A stretch of DNA of 64,000 nt from Vitrella brassicaformis CCMP3155 (taxonomy: Eukaryota > Protista > Chromerida), in contig CDMY01000335.1 in NCBI GenBank assembly GCA_001179505.1, forward strand, positions 1 to 64,000, written 5' to 3'. This document shows positions 11,000 to 22,526 of this stretch, one piece after another. The stretch's first letter is position 1; every line of letters starts with the position of its first letter. A model generated the notes under the pieces. That model saw only the letters and a program-made list of their open reading frames with translations, ran no database searches and had not been told where the DNA came from. The translations under genes were made by a program, and so were the position numbers.

Positions 11000-13920
11000 T
11001 CAGTTGGCCTCCCCATCTACGGGCAGCACGCCCCCAAGCGCACCGGGCTGCCTGCCCTTGACCAGCACCGACACCGTCGGCAGCTCTATCCTACCGCCCC
11101 TGGTGCTGCTTGACGACGTCGATGTCGATGTTGGTCTTGCAGCAGTGTTGCTGCTGCACTTGCCGCCGGTGCCCCGGAGTGCGGCGGGGAGGACGAGCCC
11201 CTCCTGGCTGTCGAGGCGCTGGTGCTGCCGCTGCCTCGTCCAGAAGAGGTAGCAGTTCTGCAACACCTGCACACGGGGGAGGGGGGCACGTCAGGACAAA
11301 CACACACGCACGTGTGGGCGAGAGATAAGGGGCGGCGAGGGTGCGTGGGTGGGTGAGAGGATACCCCTTTGTTGAATGGGTTGACGTAGGCCTGCCGCCA
11401 GACCTTGCCCTGCTTGGTCTCAACCAGCACTGTCCGCCAGAAATGGGGGTAGCTGCACCACACACACTCATACAGACAGACAGACAGTGAGGGCACTCAC
11501 TGGATGGATGGATGGATGCTGACTGGCTGACCGTGGGACATTGATCTGCTCGTTGGTGGTTCGGTTGCGTGCGATCCCTTCCAGCTGGTGGCAGATGAGC
11601 AGGAAGCACCACACTATCACCACCAGGTGCACCAGCATCAACTGAACAAGAGGCAGACAGACAGACAGATCACATACGCTCTCTGTGTCTGTCTGTCTGT
11701 GTGTTTGTCTGTGTGAGCGCACCCACCACTAGAAGTGCAGGGTGGTTGAGTGCGGTGAGCGCGAAGCTCCACAAGCTCCACTCGGTCTCCTGGATGCGCA
11801 GCAGGTGGCTCACAGCCCCACCACACAACGATATGTGCCACACCTGCAGACAGATAACACACAACAACACAACACACAACACGGCAGGGGGGGGAAGAGC
11901 AAATGAGCATGTCTGTGTCCGCGCATTGGTCTGTGTGTGGGGGTACGTTCATGATCCACTGGAAGAGGGCGAGTGCGACGAACTCTCTGTGGTTGCCGGC
12001 CCCCACAGAGTTGTGCACCCACACACAGTAGTGGTCGAATACCTCGATGCACGAATCCAACACCCTGCAATAGTCACACACACACACACACAGATCCACC
12101 ACACACACAGATCCACACCGAGGGGTGGGTACATTCTCTGGCTGCGTCTGTTGGTGTGGTCTTGGTGCCTGCGTGCCTGCAGTGTTTGGTTCGCGGGCCT
12201 TTCATTATCCAGCACGTGTGGCATATCCGCGACAGGTCGAAGTCCGACACGCTCGTCGTGTCGGCGTCAAACGGCTCCTCCAACCTACGCATCACATCCT
12301 GCATCCACACAAACACACACACAAACATACGCACAGGACAACTTCGGGGGTGTGGGTGTGATAAACATGTTGACCTCTACGGCCGATTGTCCCTTGGGTC
12401 GTCTGGGGATGATGCCCGGGTCGCTGATGACGACGTGGCACCAGAGGGCCACCAGGAAGGGCAGCAGCACCTCCCACATCGTCGACGCCATCGGGTACAA
12501 CAACATGACCGTCGGACGCACCTGATCCATCCATCCATCCACCCAAGACAAGATGACAAGTCTTCCCGCCTGTCTGTCTGTCTGACCTCGGCTTGCCACA
12601 CGAAGAGGGCGTAGCAGATGGCGACCAGGTAGATGCACGGCGGCATCTTCTCGCTAATGCTCTCCTCCCAGTCGAAGCATATCTTGGTCAGCCGATTCTC
12701 CCACGGCCTGTCTGTGTGTGTCTTCCCTCTCTCCTCTCCCGCAGTCCCCCTGCTAAGGCCCTTCTCGATGTCCCCCTGCACCTCCAGCAGGGCCTCCCCC
12801 TTGCTGACCGTGCGGGCGCTCCTGCTGCGATGGCCGCTCTTCTTCTCACGCGCCTCTGCGACGCGCTTGAGTTCGCGCGCCAACACCGAGTTGCCCGATC
12901 CCTCTGCCAAATCTACTACCGACTGCCAAACGGACCACACACACACAGAGAGAGAGAGAGAGAACACCCTGGTCCATGGACTCTCTCTCTCTCTCTCTCT
13001 GTGTTGTGGATGGAATTGTGTGTTAAGTGTTGCGTACCAAGCCGCTGCTGCTGCTGGCTTTCTGCAGGTCGTATGCCTTGTCTTTTTCGGCGAGGTACAT
13101 GGTGGCGTCGTACATGCCGGCCGACGCGGCCCGCTGGAGGGGCGTCATGCCCTGGCTGTCCACCGAACCGAAATCCGCTCCGAAATACTCCAACAGATGG
13201 ATGAACTCAGTCGAACCCTGGCACACAGACACACCCCACACACACACACACACAGAGGGGTTTCAGAGAGCCGATAGCCGATGTCTGTCTGCATGGATCC
13301 TCAGACTCTTGTACAAGCATCTCGCTGACTCATGCACCTCGGTCGCTGACCTTGAAGGCGGCCCAGTGCGCCGCCCCGCAGCCGTTGAGGTCCTTGGTGT
13401 TGAGGCTGGCGTCCTTGCGGATGAGGAAGAGGAAGGCGTGTGCGCGGCCGTGCTGGATGGTCAGAGTGAGTGGCGAGGCGCCCAGGCTGTCCTGGCAGTC
13501 GATGTCGGCGCCCTTGCTGAGGAGGTACCTCATGAGTGCCACCCACCCCTTGATGGCCGCCCACATCAGGGGCGTCTGCCCGTTGGCCGACTTGGGGTCC
13601 ACAGCAGCGCCCATGTCCACCAGCAGCTGGCAGAAGGCACTGCTGTTGCACAGAGCCGCCCAGTGGAGGAGCGTGTGGCCCTGCTTGTCCTTCTGGCTGA
13701 TCAGGGATGGCCGATCTCTCACCAGACGCGTCAGCTCGCTGAAGTTGCCCGTCCTTGCCAGCATCCACACGTCCACGGGCGGTGGCTGTTGTGGCTGCGG
13801 TGGATAGGGTGATGTGTCTGTGTCATCGGCGCATCCGTTGAGGACATCGTTCTCGGGGATGGTCATCGTTGTCCGAGTGGACAGACGGGATACCGCCGAT
13901 GGACTACACTCCTCACTCAT
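11000..13920 (-). CDS. AKR1: Ankyrin-repeat S-acyltransferase (Akr1/ZDHHC13/17-like) with DHYC active-site variant
   Basis: N-terminal ankyrin repeats (GHTLLHWAA, GQTPLMWAA, GASPLTL, GMTPLQRAA), TM segments, Cys-rich domain ICHTCWIMKGPRTKHCRHA|..IEVFDHYCVWVHNSVGAGNHREF. Confidence 0.9.
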
Positions 13921-13940
13921 GACACTTGCGCCCAGGGCTG

Positions 13941-13964
13941 TAGGGTTACAGAAACCCTAACCCT
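13941..13964. promoter_or_regulatory. Telo-box-like motifs (TAGGGTT and AAACCCTAACCCT) in a 131-bp divergent promoter
   Basis: Sequence tagggttacagaaaccctaaccct lies between the ATGs of the DHYC gene (13920, -) and bestrophin (14052, +). Regulatory role is inferred. Confidence 0.45.
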
Positions 13965-14051
13965 GCCGGGGCTTGCGATTGATCCCTCCCTTCCCTCCCG
14001 TATCCCAGTCACTCCACTGGGAACCACTTTCCGGTTGCACCTGGTTTTGGA

Positions 14052-16168
14052 ATGGCTGCTGCAGCAGCACCTGCTGGTGCCGATGTGCCGATGTGCCGTT
14101 GCTTGAGAGAGACCTGGAGTCGCAGGAGGCGGCCGGCCCTGCTGCCCCGCCCGCCCCCTCCACACGCTTCCCCCCAGCCCCCTACAGCAGCAAATGGAAC
14201 AGACTTGTCGGAGGACTGGCCGAGGAGGCGTACGAGCCCTACGAGCTGTCCAAGATTATCGGCTTCTGGGGCATCTTCAGAATCGTCGGGACCGTCTTTT
14301 GCAGTGTGCAGCTCTGGTGAGGGGGGGGGGGGGAGNNNNNNNNNNNNNNNNNNNNNNNNNNNNNNNNNNNNNNNNNNNNNNNNNNNNNNNNNNNNNNNNN
14401 NNNNNNNNNNNNNNNNNNNNNNNNNNNNNNNNNNNNNNNNNNNNNNNNNNNNNNNNNNNNNNNNNNNNNNNNNNNNNNNNNNNNNNNNNNNNNNNNNNNN
14501 NNNNNNNNNNNNNNNNNNNNNNNNNNNNNNNNNNNNNNNNNNNNNNNNNNNNNNNNNNNNNNNNNNNNNNNNNNNNNNNNNNNNNNNNNNNNNNNNNNNN
14601 NNNNNNNNNNNNNNNNNNNNNNNNNNNNNNNNNNNGGGGGGGGGGGGGAGTGAGGGAGCCAAAGGGGCTTCTCCCTTCTGCATTGCAATGACTGATGCTC
14701 GTGGGGCTGGCTTGCAGTTTGCAGTACGTGATTGTTTCTCTGTGTGTGGGTGTGTTGTCTGGTTTGGTTGCAGGGCGGAGGTGGTTCTGTACTATGGGAT
14801 TGCGTGGATGGTCATAGTGGGGTACCGCAGTGTGGCGGGCGACCGCAACGAGGGCCTTAAGGACACGTCTGAGGCCATCCGTGCTGTGGCTGTCTTCCTC
14901 TGCTCCCTCTCGGCCATTCTCATCTCGCTCTTCGCCACATTCATCACCGACAGATGGTGGGTGCCACTGGGTGCCCACTGGGTGGGGGAGTGGGGGAGTG
15001 TGTGTGCATGTTGCGCAGGTGGACGTTCCGCACTCAGGGGATCGGCAACATATGGGGTGCGACGAGCCAGCTGGTGTTTCTGCTGTCGTCTCACCTGACC
15101 AACTACACCAACCAGGGAATCACACCGGAGGACGAACGACTCATCAGAAGGTCTGGCTGGACAGCTGACAGGCTCGCAGACATACAGGTAGAGTGCATAT
15201 CTCTTCCCCGGTTGTGTGCTGTCAGTGTCCAGCGGTATGGGCGTGCGTCGATGGCGTGCATCTTCGCGGCCAGGCGGCGGCAGGACCTCACCACACTCGT
15301 CGACAAAAACATCCTCACGGAAAAGGAATGCGGTGCAGCGCGGCGCACAGACAAACCATCACATGCACCACACAAATACAGACAGACAGAGAAACACATA
15401 CATACTCATCAATGCCCTTTCCCCTCGTATCAGAGATCCTGACCAACGACGTCAAGTACCGAGTGCCGTGCTCCATCTGGGCGTGGATCACGTCCATCAT
15501 AGCCCACTTCGACAAGAGCAAGAAGCTGCCGGGGCCGCCCATTGTGGGCGCCCTGTACAGCTCGGCTGCGAGGGGGCGTGACGGTGCGGCCATCATCATG
15601 AGGCTGCTCAAGACGCCCCTGCCGCTGGCGTACGTGCACATGATATCGGTGCTGGCCAAGGTCAACAACCTCCTCATCGCAATCGCATTCGGCTTCAAGC
15701 TCACACTGGATATACACTACCAGGTGGTAGGGGGGAGCAGACACACACAGACACTCTGATATATATGTGTCTGTGTGTGTGTGTTTTGTAGTTTTGGCTG
15801 ATGTTTGTCATCCACGCGTCGGTCGTGTGCGCGTCAACAAGCGCCACCACACCGCGTGTGGCTGAAGCGTGTCTCTGATGCTTCCCCCACTCAATCAGGT
15901 TTGTGATCCCTTTGGTCTACAACGGCCTGCTGGCGCTCGCCAGAGAACTCGACGACCCCTTCGGGTCACACACACACATAGCCGCGTCGATGTGTGTTTG
16001 TGTATGTGTGTGTGTGTGTGTGGACAATACAGCACTGACTTCAACGATTTCCCGGATGAGTTGTACGACAAGTACATCCGCCGCGAGTGCGAGGCGTTCG
16101 GCAAGGCCATACAGCACTACCGCACCATTCAGGACGAATACCCAGAGGGCGCTGATGACATCTTATGA
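14052..16168 (+). CDS. Bestrophin-family anion channel (spans a gap; 5' end carries an 8-bp duplication)
   Basis: TM segments, LVDKNILTEKE, KTPLPLAYVHM and ELDDPFG|TDFNDFP are bestrophin hallmarks; stop at 16166-16168. Confidence 0.85.
14336..14635. other. Assembly gap (~300 N) flanked by G runs, inside the bestrophin gene
   Basis: N run visible in the sequence. Confidence 1.
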
Positions 16169-16484
16169 ATGGGTCGATTAATGGGCCGGGCCGGGGGGTT
16201 GGGGGGAGTTGTTCTCTTGATTGATGTGTGGATCGATCGCACCAATCAGCCAGCTGTTGTTTGAGCCAATTGTCGTCATTCATTCATGCATTCCTTCGTT
16301 GTCTGAGCGATCGATCGCACCTTGGCGCATGGATGGATGGATGGATGGATGGACTGGCCCGTGTGTTTGCAAACGATGAGAACACACAGAACTCGATCTT
16401 CTGTTCTCCTCCGAGTATGTGTTTGTCTCGCTCTGTCTTGATTGATATGGATGCTCGCCCTCCTCGTTGTATCTGTCTGTCTGT

Positions 16485-19400
16485 CTATTTGCCTTCACTC
16501 CAGGTCTGCGCCACCTGCACACACAACACAATACAGCACAATCCAATCCAATCCAATCCACAACCTAGAGTCGTGTGTCTCCCTACCTCCCCCCGTCTCT
16601 CTCCAAGTTCTCTCTGCTCACCTTTGACGAGACCAGCCCACGTGTGGGTGCGCGGGGGAAGACGAGCGAGAAGGCCCTGACCATGCAGCTCTCCACCAGG
16701 CGCTGCACCTCACTCGCATGCCGCTTACAACACTCCAAGATGAACTCGTCATGGATCACCCCAACCTACACACACACACACACCGCCCGCTATATATAGG
16801 GTTCGGCAGTTTTGTCACGTGGCTTGCTCACTCACGATGAGTGTGTCGGTCTGCCATGCCTCCAACGTATTGTAGAGCAGCGACAAACACAGAAGTGCCA
16901 CCTGAAATTTCACGGGCATAACACAACACAACACAACACAGCACAGGTTCATGCAAGCAGGCAGCCGCCTCACTGTGCCGTGCCTCCATGTCCCTTTCCT
17001 GTTTACCGACCTCGGCAGCGCCGCCCTGGACGGGGGTGTTGAGGCTTTCCGTCATGATGCGATCGTCGACCAAGGCAAAGTGGCGAATGCGACCTGCACA
17101 GCAGACACCAGGCAGCGTGAGTGCACACACCAATCCGTCCATCCATCCATCCAAATGTCCACACCTGCCGGCGTCTGGATGGACTTGTGCTGCTGTGATG
17201 TGTCGCGGATCCGCTGCTGCCACCTGCAAACAGACAAAGAGAGTCAGAGACACGAGAAAGAGAGAGAGAGAGGGGAGTCGTGCTGGGTGCTGTGTGTCGG
17301 GTCGGTCTCGCCCTCACAGAGCGACAGCAGGGTATGTCTGGAAGAAGAGCTTGAGCGCCGTCTTGGCCTCATTCTCCGTCAGCTGCACTCCAAAGGATGT
17401 CTGGGCATACACACGCAACCCACTCGCACCCTGGCCGTACACAAGACCTGCATGACACAGTACAGTACAGTACACACACGCACACAATCCATTCGTCCCG
17501 TTGTGTGTCTGTCGGTCATATGTTATTGGCCAACGGACTGACCGACCGAAGTTGACGGCTTTGGCGAGTCTCCTTTGCTCCTTGGTGACTTGTTGTGGCG
17601 GTATGGACAACAGACGGCTGGCGGTGAAGGTGTGCAGGTCATCGCCCGTGCGGAAGGCTGACAGCATGTTCTCGTCACGGGACAGCTCGGCCAACACTGG
17701 CGTCATGGCAGTGAGCACACCAGTGAGAGAAACGACCGAGGCTCGGCCATATGGTCAGCCACCCATACCTCTCAGTTCTATTTGGCTGTAGTCTGCGACG
17801 ATGAGCGCCCGGCCGGGCGGGGCGGCGAAGAGGGAGCGGAACTCGTCACACCGCAGAGTCGAGTGCAGGTTGGGGTCCTGGTGGTGGGACAGACTCACAC
17901 ACACACACACGCTAGTGGGGACCGAATTCATCCAAGCATGTGTGTGTGCAGTGCCTCATGCACCTTGGTGGCGAGTCTGCCGGTCACCGCGCCGCCCAGT
18001 ATGTAAGTGGGATACAGCCGACCGCCACGCACATGCTCGGCAAACGGACCGTAGGCGGATATCTGACACAGACGAGGGAGGGAGGGAGGGAGCGAGGGCA
18101 GGAGAGGGAGAGGGGAGACCGGAGTAGAGAGACAGCGTATTAAGTGAGATCCACTGGCTAGTTTGTTGTGATGACCTTCTTCTCCATCTCGCGCACATTG
18201 AGGATCATCGACAGGGCCTGACATACACAAACACACAGACACACAAAAGGTGCGTGCGGCGGTGGAGTGCACCAGCGTGGGTCCCTACCTTTTGGACCGA
18301 CTCTGTGCAGCACGTCTGCAGCGTGGCCTTGTCGACCTTGAGTGCACCAGTCTGCTCACACACCACCACACATCCATCCATCCCCTCCCACACCCGACCA
18401 TCCCATCCAGCCAATGCACATAACATACATACTACCTTGGTTCTCGGCCATTTCTGCAGCTCGATGCCATTCAAGCGACTCTCGATCCAGTCACCCAACT
18501 GCTGGTTGGACCGGATGTTCATCGCCTGCTCACTCAGACCCGTCAGCCTGACCTCCGTCCCGCCCAAACAAACACGCCAGCGGTCTCTTCTCTGAGTGGT
18601 GGCTGCGTCTGTTGGCTCACTGGCGCGTGTGTCTCTTGGCGTCGTTGAGCTCCCGCTCCCACGCCTGCAGCAGCTGTGCATGGTTGCGTGAGTCGAATGC
18701 GATGCCACACGTCTCCACCAGACAGATGGCCGCCTGTGCATCACGCCTGCAGACACAGACAGACAGACAGACACAGAGGGAGGAGGAGCACTGTGGGTAT
18801 GTATATCGTGAGGAGGGAGTGTGTGTCGTGTGTGCATTGATTACATGAGGTAGTATGTGAGGCAGGCGGGGTGGTTTCGGCCGATGGTCAGGCGCGTCCC
18901 CGTCTCACCCACCATTGAGGCGAATATCTGGGGGATTGGATGCACTGGGTCACCCTGCATCCATCAGTGTGTGTGCCTGCCGCTTGTTCCTTCATGTTGT
19001 TGGTGTGTTGCATTGGAATGCACTGCACTGCACTGCATTGAGGGGTCGTCATCCCGCCCACCTTGGCGTATTTCTTGAGGACTTTGATGAGGAGGCACAC
19101 GGATGCATGGACGGCGCACGCTGCGGCCTCGAGCACCGACTCGGCCCTTTTGTCGGGCGCAGCCACACTCGCAGACCGACACTTCTCAACCAACACTGGC
19201 ACCACACACACACATACACACACACACTCTACACACAGAGAGAGAGAGAGAGAGGGACAGGCATGAAGGTGCGGCAGAAGTGAACACTTTTCCCTGCCAA
19301 TACCTTGTTTCTCCTGCCGGATGAACTGGTCTTCGTCCCATTCCATGCCGAGCGCATTGACCAGCAGGCGCACACACTCCACCGTCATACTGCTCGGCGG

Positions 19401-20342
19401 CATGGTGCGCGTGGCGCGACCGTACAGATGCAGAAACTCCTTACCTGCACACGCACCACCGACAAACGAACCCCGTGCACCCACTGCCGTCATGCCCACG
19501 GCGTGTGTGTCCCGCTCTTGTTTGTATGGCATACCTGATGAGAAGCACGGCACAATCGGACGACCGCATGACGCGAGGGCCTGCATCGCAGCCTCACTGC
19601 ACAGCGACGGCTCAGCCCCTCCCACAAGCACCAGCTGCCCCTCACTCATTAGACACACGCCAGCAACACCTCTCAACTGCGACGAGAATGCGATGCTGCC
19701 CCCTCGGAAGAAAAACACCGGGCTGCCCTCCTCGGCGCCACGCAGGAAGGCCGCCAGGCGCACATTGGCGAGGGGCCGGATCGTGATGCCCACCTTCAGG
19801 GCCTCCACCAGAGCAGGCACGTCAAATGGGGGGCAGTCGTCGCGCTTGGTGGAGGGAAGGATGCCGAGCGGCCGGGGTTCTCCGTCGGGCTGTTTCTGTT
19901 GGTCATCCTGGATCATGGCATTGGCATCGGCATTGCGGTCGCTCCGCTCCGACCGTGCGGATGCGGTCACAAGGGCGAGAGGCAAGTTCTGCTGCTCCTC
20001 TCTGGCCGCAGCCACTGCCGACGTCCACAGGTTGGCTTCGTCGCCGGCAGCAGCAGACAGCTGGGCGGCGTAGGCTGGCGCCGCCGATGCACTAACCGGT
20101 GCATGTGCTGAGGCCTCTGATTCGGGAGATGGTACGCCTCTCGATGCCTTGGCTGCAGGGGTCTTGGCGGCAGCCACGGAGGAGGGCGGCTGGGCGCTCG
20201 TGGGGATGGGCGAGAATGGCGTGATGGTGCCGTCAGCCGAGCGGATGGCAGAGGGCCGGCAGACAGTGTCTTGGCGGTTGGCAAAGCCGCCCCGCTTGTA
20301 GATGTAGGGGCAGTTTTCCTCCAGCCATCGCAAATCCTTCAT
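16485..20342 (-). CDS. Family A (Pol I-like) DNA polymerase with long low-complexity N-terminus
   Basis: Motif A LIVADYSQIELR, DDLHTFTASRL, motif B RRLAKAVNFG|LVYGQGA, LNTPVQGGAAE, motif C GVIHDEFILE, C-terminus VAQTWSEGK*. Confidence 0.9.
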
Positions 20343-20506
20343 CCTTTTGCGCCCTCGCGGTATCTGCCAGGCGTCAGAAACGATGAATGGATGGATACGT
20401 CGCTCGGCTTGAAAGATCTCCCGGACGCATTTTGGCCAGGATCCCAGGGTTGAGCGTTCAGCGTATTTCGTTAACGATGGACGCTCAACCCTGGGGCGAG
20501 CACAAG

Positions 20507-21583
20507 ATGGCCCGTCAGATGTGTGGGGCGTTCATCTTCGTAGCGGCCGCCATGATAACCAGTGCTGCAGGTGCGTGCGGACGTCCGTACGCAGAGATAT
20601 ATACACAGAGAGAGATCCGTGCACACACAGCCATGGGAAGAATAAGACTTTCCTCTCCATTCAGGTCTGGTGGAAGAGGCTGAGGTGGCCAAGGAAATCG
20701 CCCGCCAGCTGCAGGGTCACACACACCTAGAGTCGCCACAGATCTGCCACACGTATGTATTCCACGCTGCGGCTGTGTATGCATGTATATATGTGCCCAG
20801 GGATGTCGTTGTCGATGGTCCGTGCTCATAGCATCATGGGGGCAGCCAACAAGCTCAGCCAAGCCGCCGACGAGATGCGCCATACCGCCCTCCAGATGGT
20901 CACCACGACCGAGCAACAGGTCCAAGCCATCTCGTCGTATGGTCAGCGACCCAGCCACACTCAGTTCACGGAGGATGGACCGACGAACTAAGACTGCCTG
21001 CGTTGTGTATGACCATCACTGTCCTGCATGCATTCACATGGAGTGCATTGATAGATCTGTGGGTCTGTGTGCAGGTGCGTTGTGTGCAGCAGCAGGTGCA
21101 CCACGCCAAGACCATGATGCAGCAGGTCAATAAGATGGGCGAGGCCCGCCAGATGCGCGGTGAGGCCCTCGACGCCATCCGCAGCGCCCAACGACAGGTG
21201 CATCTCATCACCAAGGGGCAGAAGACCCGCACCACCGGCGGTAAGTAACTAACGAATATGTGTGTGGACTCCAATGTAATTCACAGGAAGACGTGTATTT
21301 GTGTGTCATGCAGACTGTTCGGAGAATAGCTGGAAGTGTGGGGACGACAGTCAGGGATCGCGCTGTGACGACAATGGGCCAGACGGAGAGGCCTGCTGGT
21401 GTACTGGGTATGGGAGCTGCGTGGTAAGCATGAACGCACACACACACACACACACACAGATTTCGCTGGCTGTACTATGAGTGCTGCTGTGTGTGTGGGG
21501 GGGTGCATGTGGGTGGTCTGCAGGACTCCGAAACCTATTTTGCGCCTCAATCACAGCCCATGGACTTCTATGACTGGGAGTGA
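20507..21583 (+). CDS. Hypothetical secreted protein: signal peptide, coiled coil, short Cys-rich module
   Basis: Phase-consistent exons MARQMCGAFIFVAAAMITSAA|GLVEEAEVAKEIARQLQ|GMSLSMVRAHS..|VRCVQQQVHHAK..|DCSENSWKCGDDSQGSRCDDNGPDGEACWCTG|FRWLYYE|DSETYFAPQSQPMDFYDWE*. Manual splice model. Confidence 0.55.
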
Positions 21584-22526
21584 ACACCGCGCTGATTGCG
21601 TTGGCGACGTACGTCTGTTTAGCGATAGAAAGGGCGGGAAGAGAGAGACACCACCAATGCATACATACAGCTACGGTGCGTATGTAACGTAATTAAGGGT
21701 GACCAGTCCGCCTCTGCCGTCTGTCTGTCTGTCTGTCTGTGTGTCTCTGGCTGTCGGTTTAATCAATTAATGGCCGTGGATGGTGTCTAGCGGCATGGCT
21801 GTGTGTGTGTGGTGTGTGTATGTGTGTTGTGCCGTGTGGCCGTCTGTCTGTCAGCCACGTGTAGGAGGACAAATGGACAATCATTGAAGGCAATGAATCC
21901 CCCAAAGTCATCCGGCCATTGCACGTACACTACATATGTATGTACACTCATCCGTCCACTGCATGTTGAACTACATCATGTCAAGACATCGATCACCCGG
22001 CTGCCGCTTGATGTGCTGTGCTGTCATCCAGACGGAGAGGCCTCCTGACGGCGGCGCTGAGCGCTCGGAATGACTGGATGAACACACGCAGCGCAGGTCT
22101 ACAGACTCTGTGTGTGTGACGGAAGTCATGAATATTACACGTGCGATGTCCGGAGCCAGCAAATCAACCACTAGGTGACGTGTCCGATCCACACGTACGG
22201 CACATTGCGTACGAAAACCAAGCAGGCCAAGACGAGAAAGGCAGGGGCTGGTCGCAAAAAGAAGAAGGCCAAAGAGCACTGACTGTCTGCATTGCAGCAA
22301 TTGATGTGTGTGGGGGTTCATTGGACGGTCTCTGACCATTGGATCAACCGCACATGGGCTGATTCGGTCATTGGTTCAATGCATGACAGATCCTGTCCAT
22401 CAATCGAATCGCCCCCACACACGTGCATCATTGCAAACACGGCCATGAACGCCCGCACCTCACGCACAACCGGCATCAAACCGGCACACGCTGTTGATGG
22501 GGACACCCAGACGACACCCAGACACT

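Noticed and set aside
21971-22339. 122-aa minus-strand ORF downstream of the Inturned-like gene
   Set aside because: No motif, start context or splice support; it could be UTR of the convergent genes.
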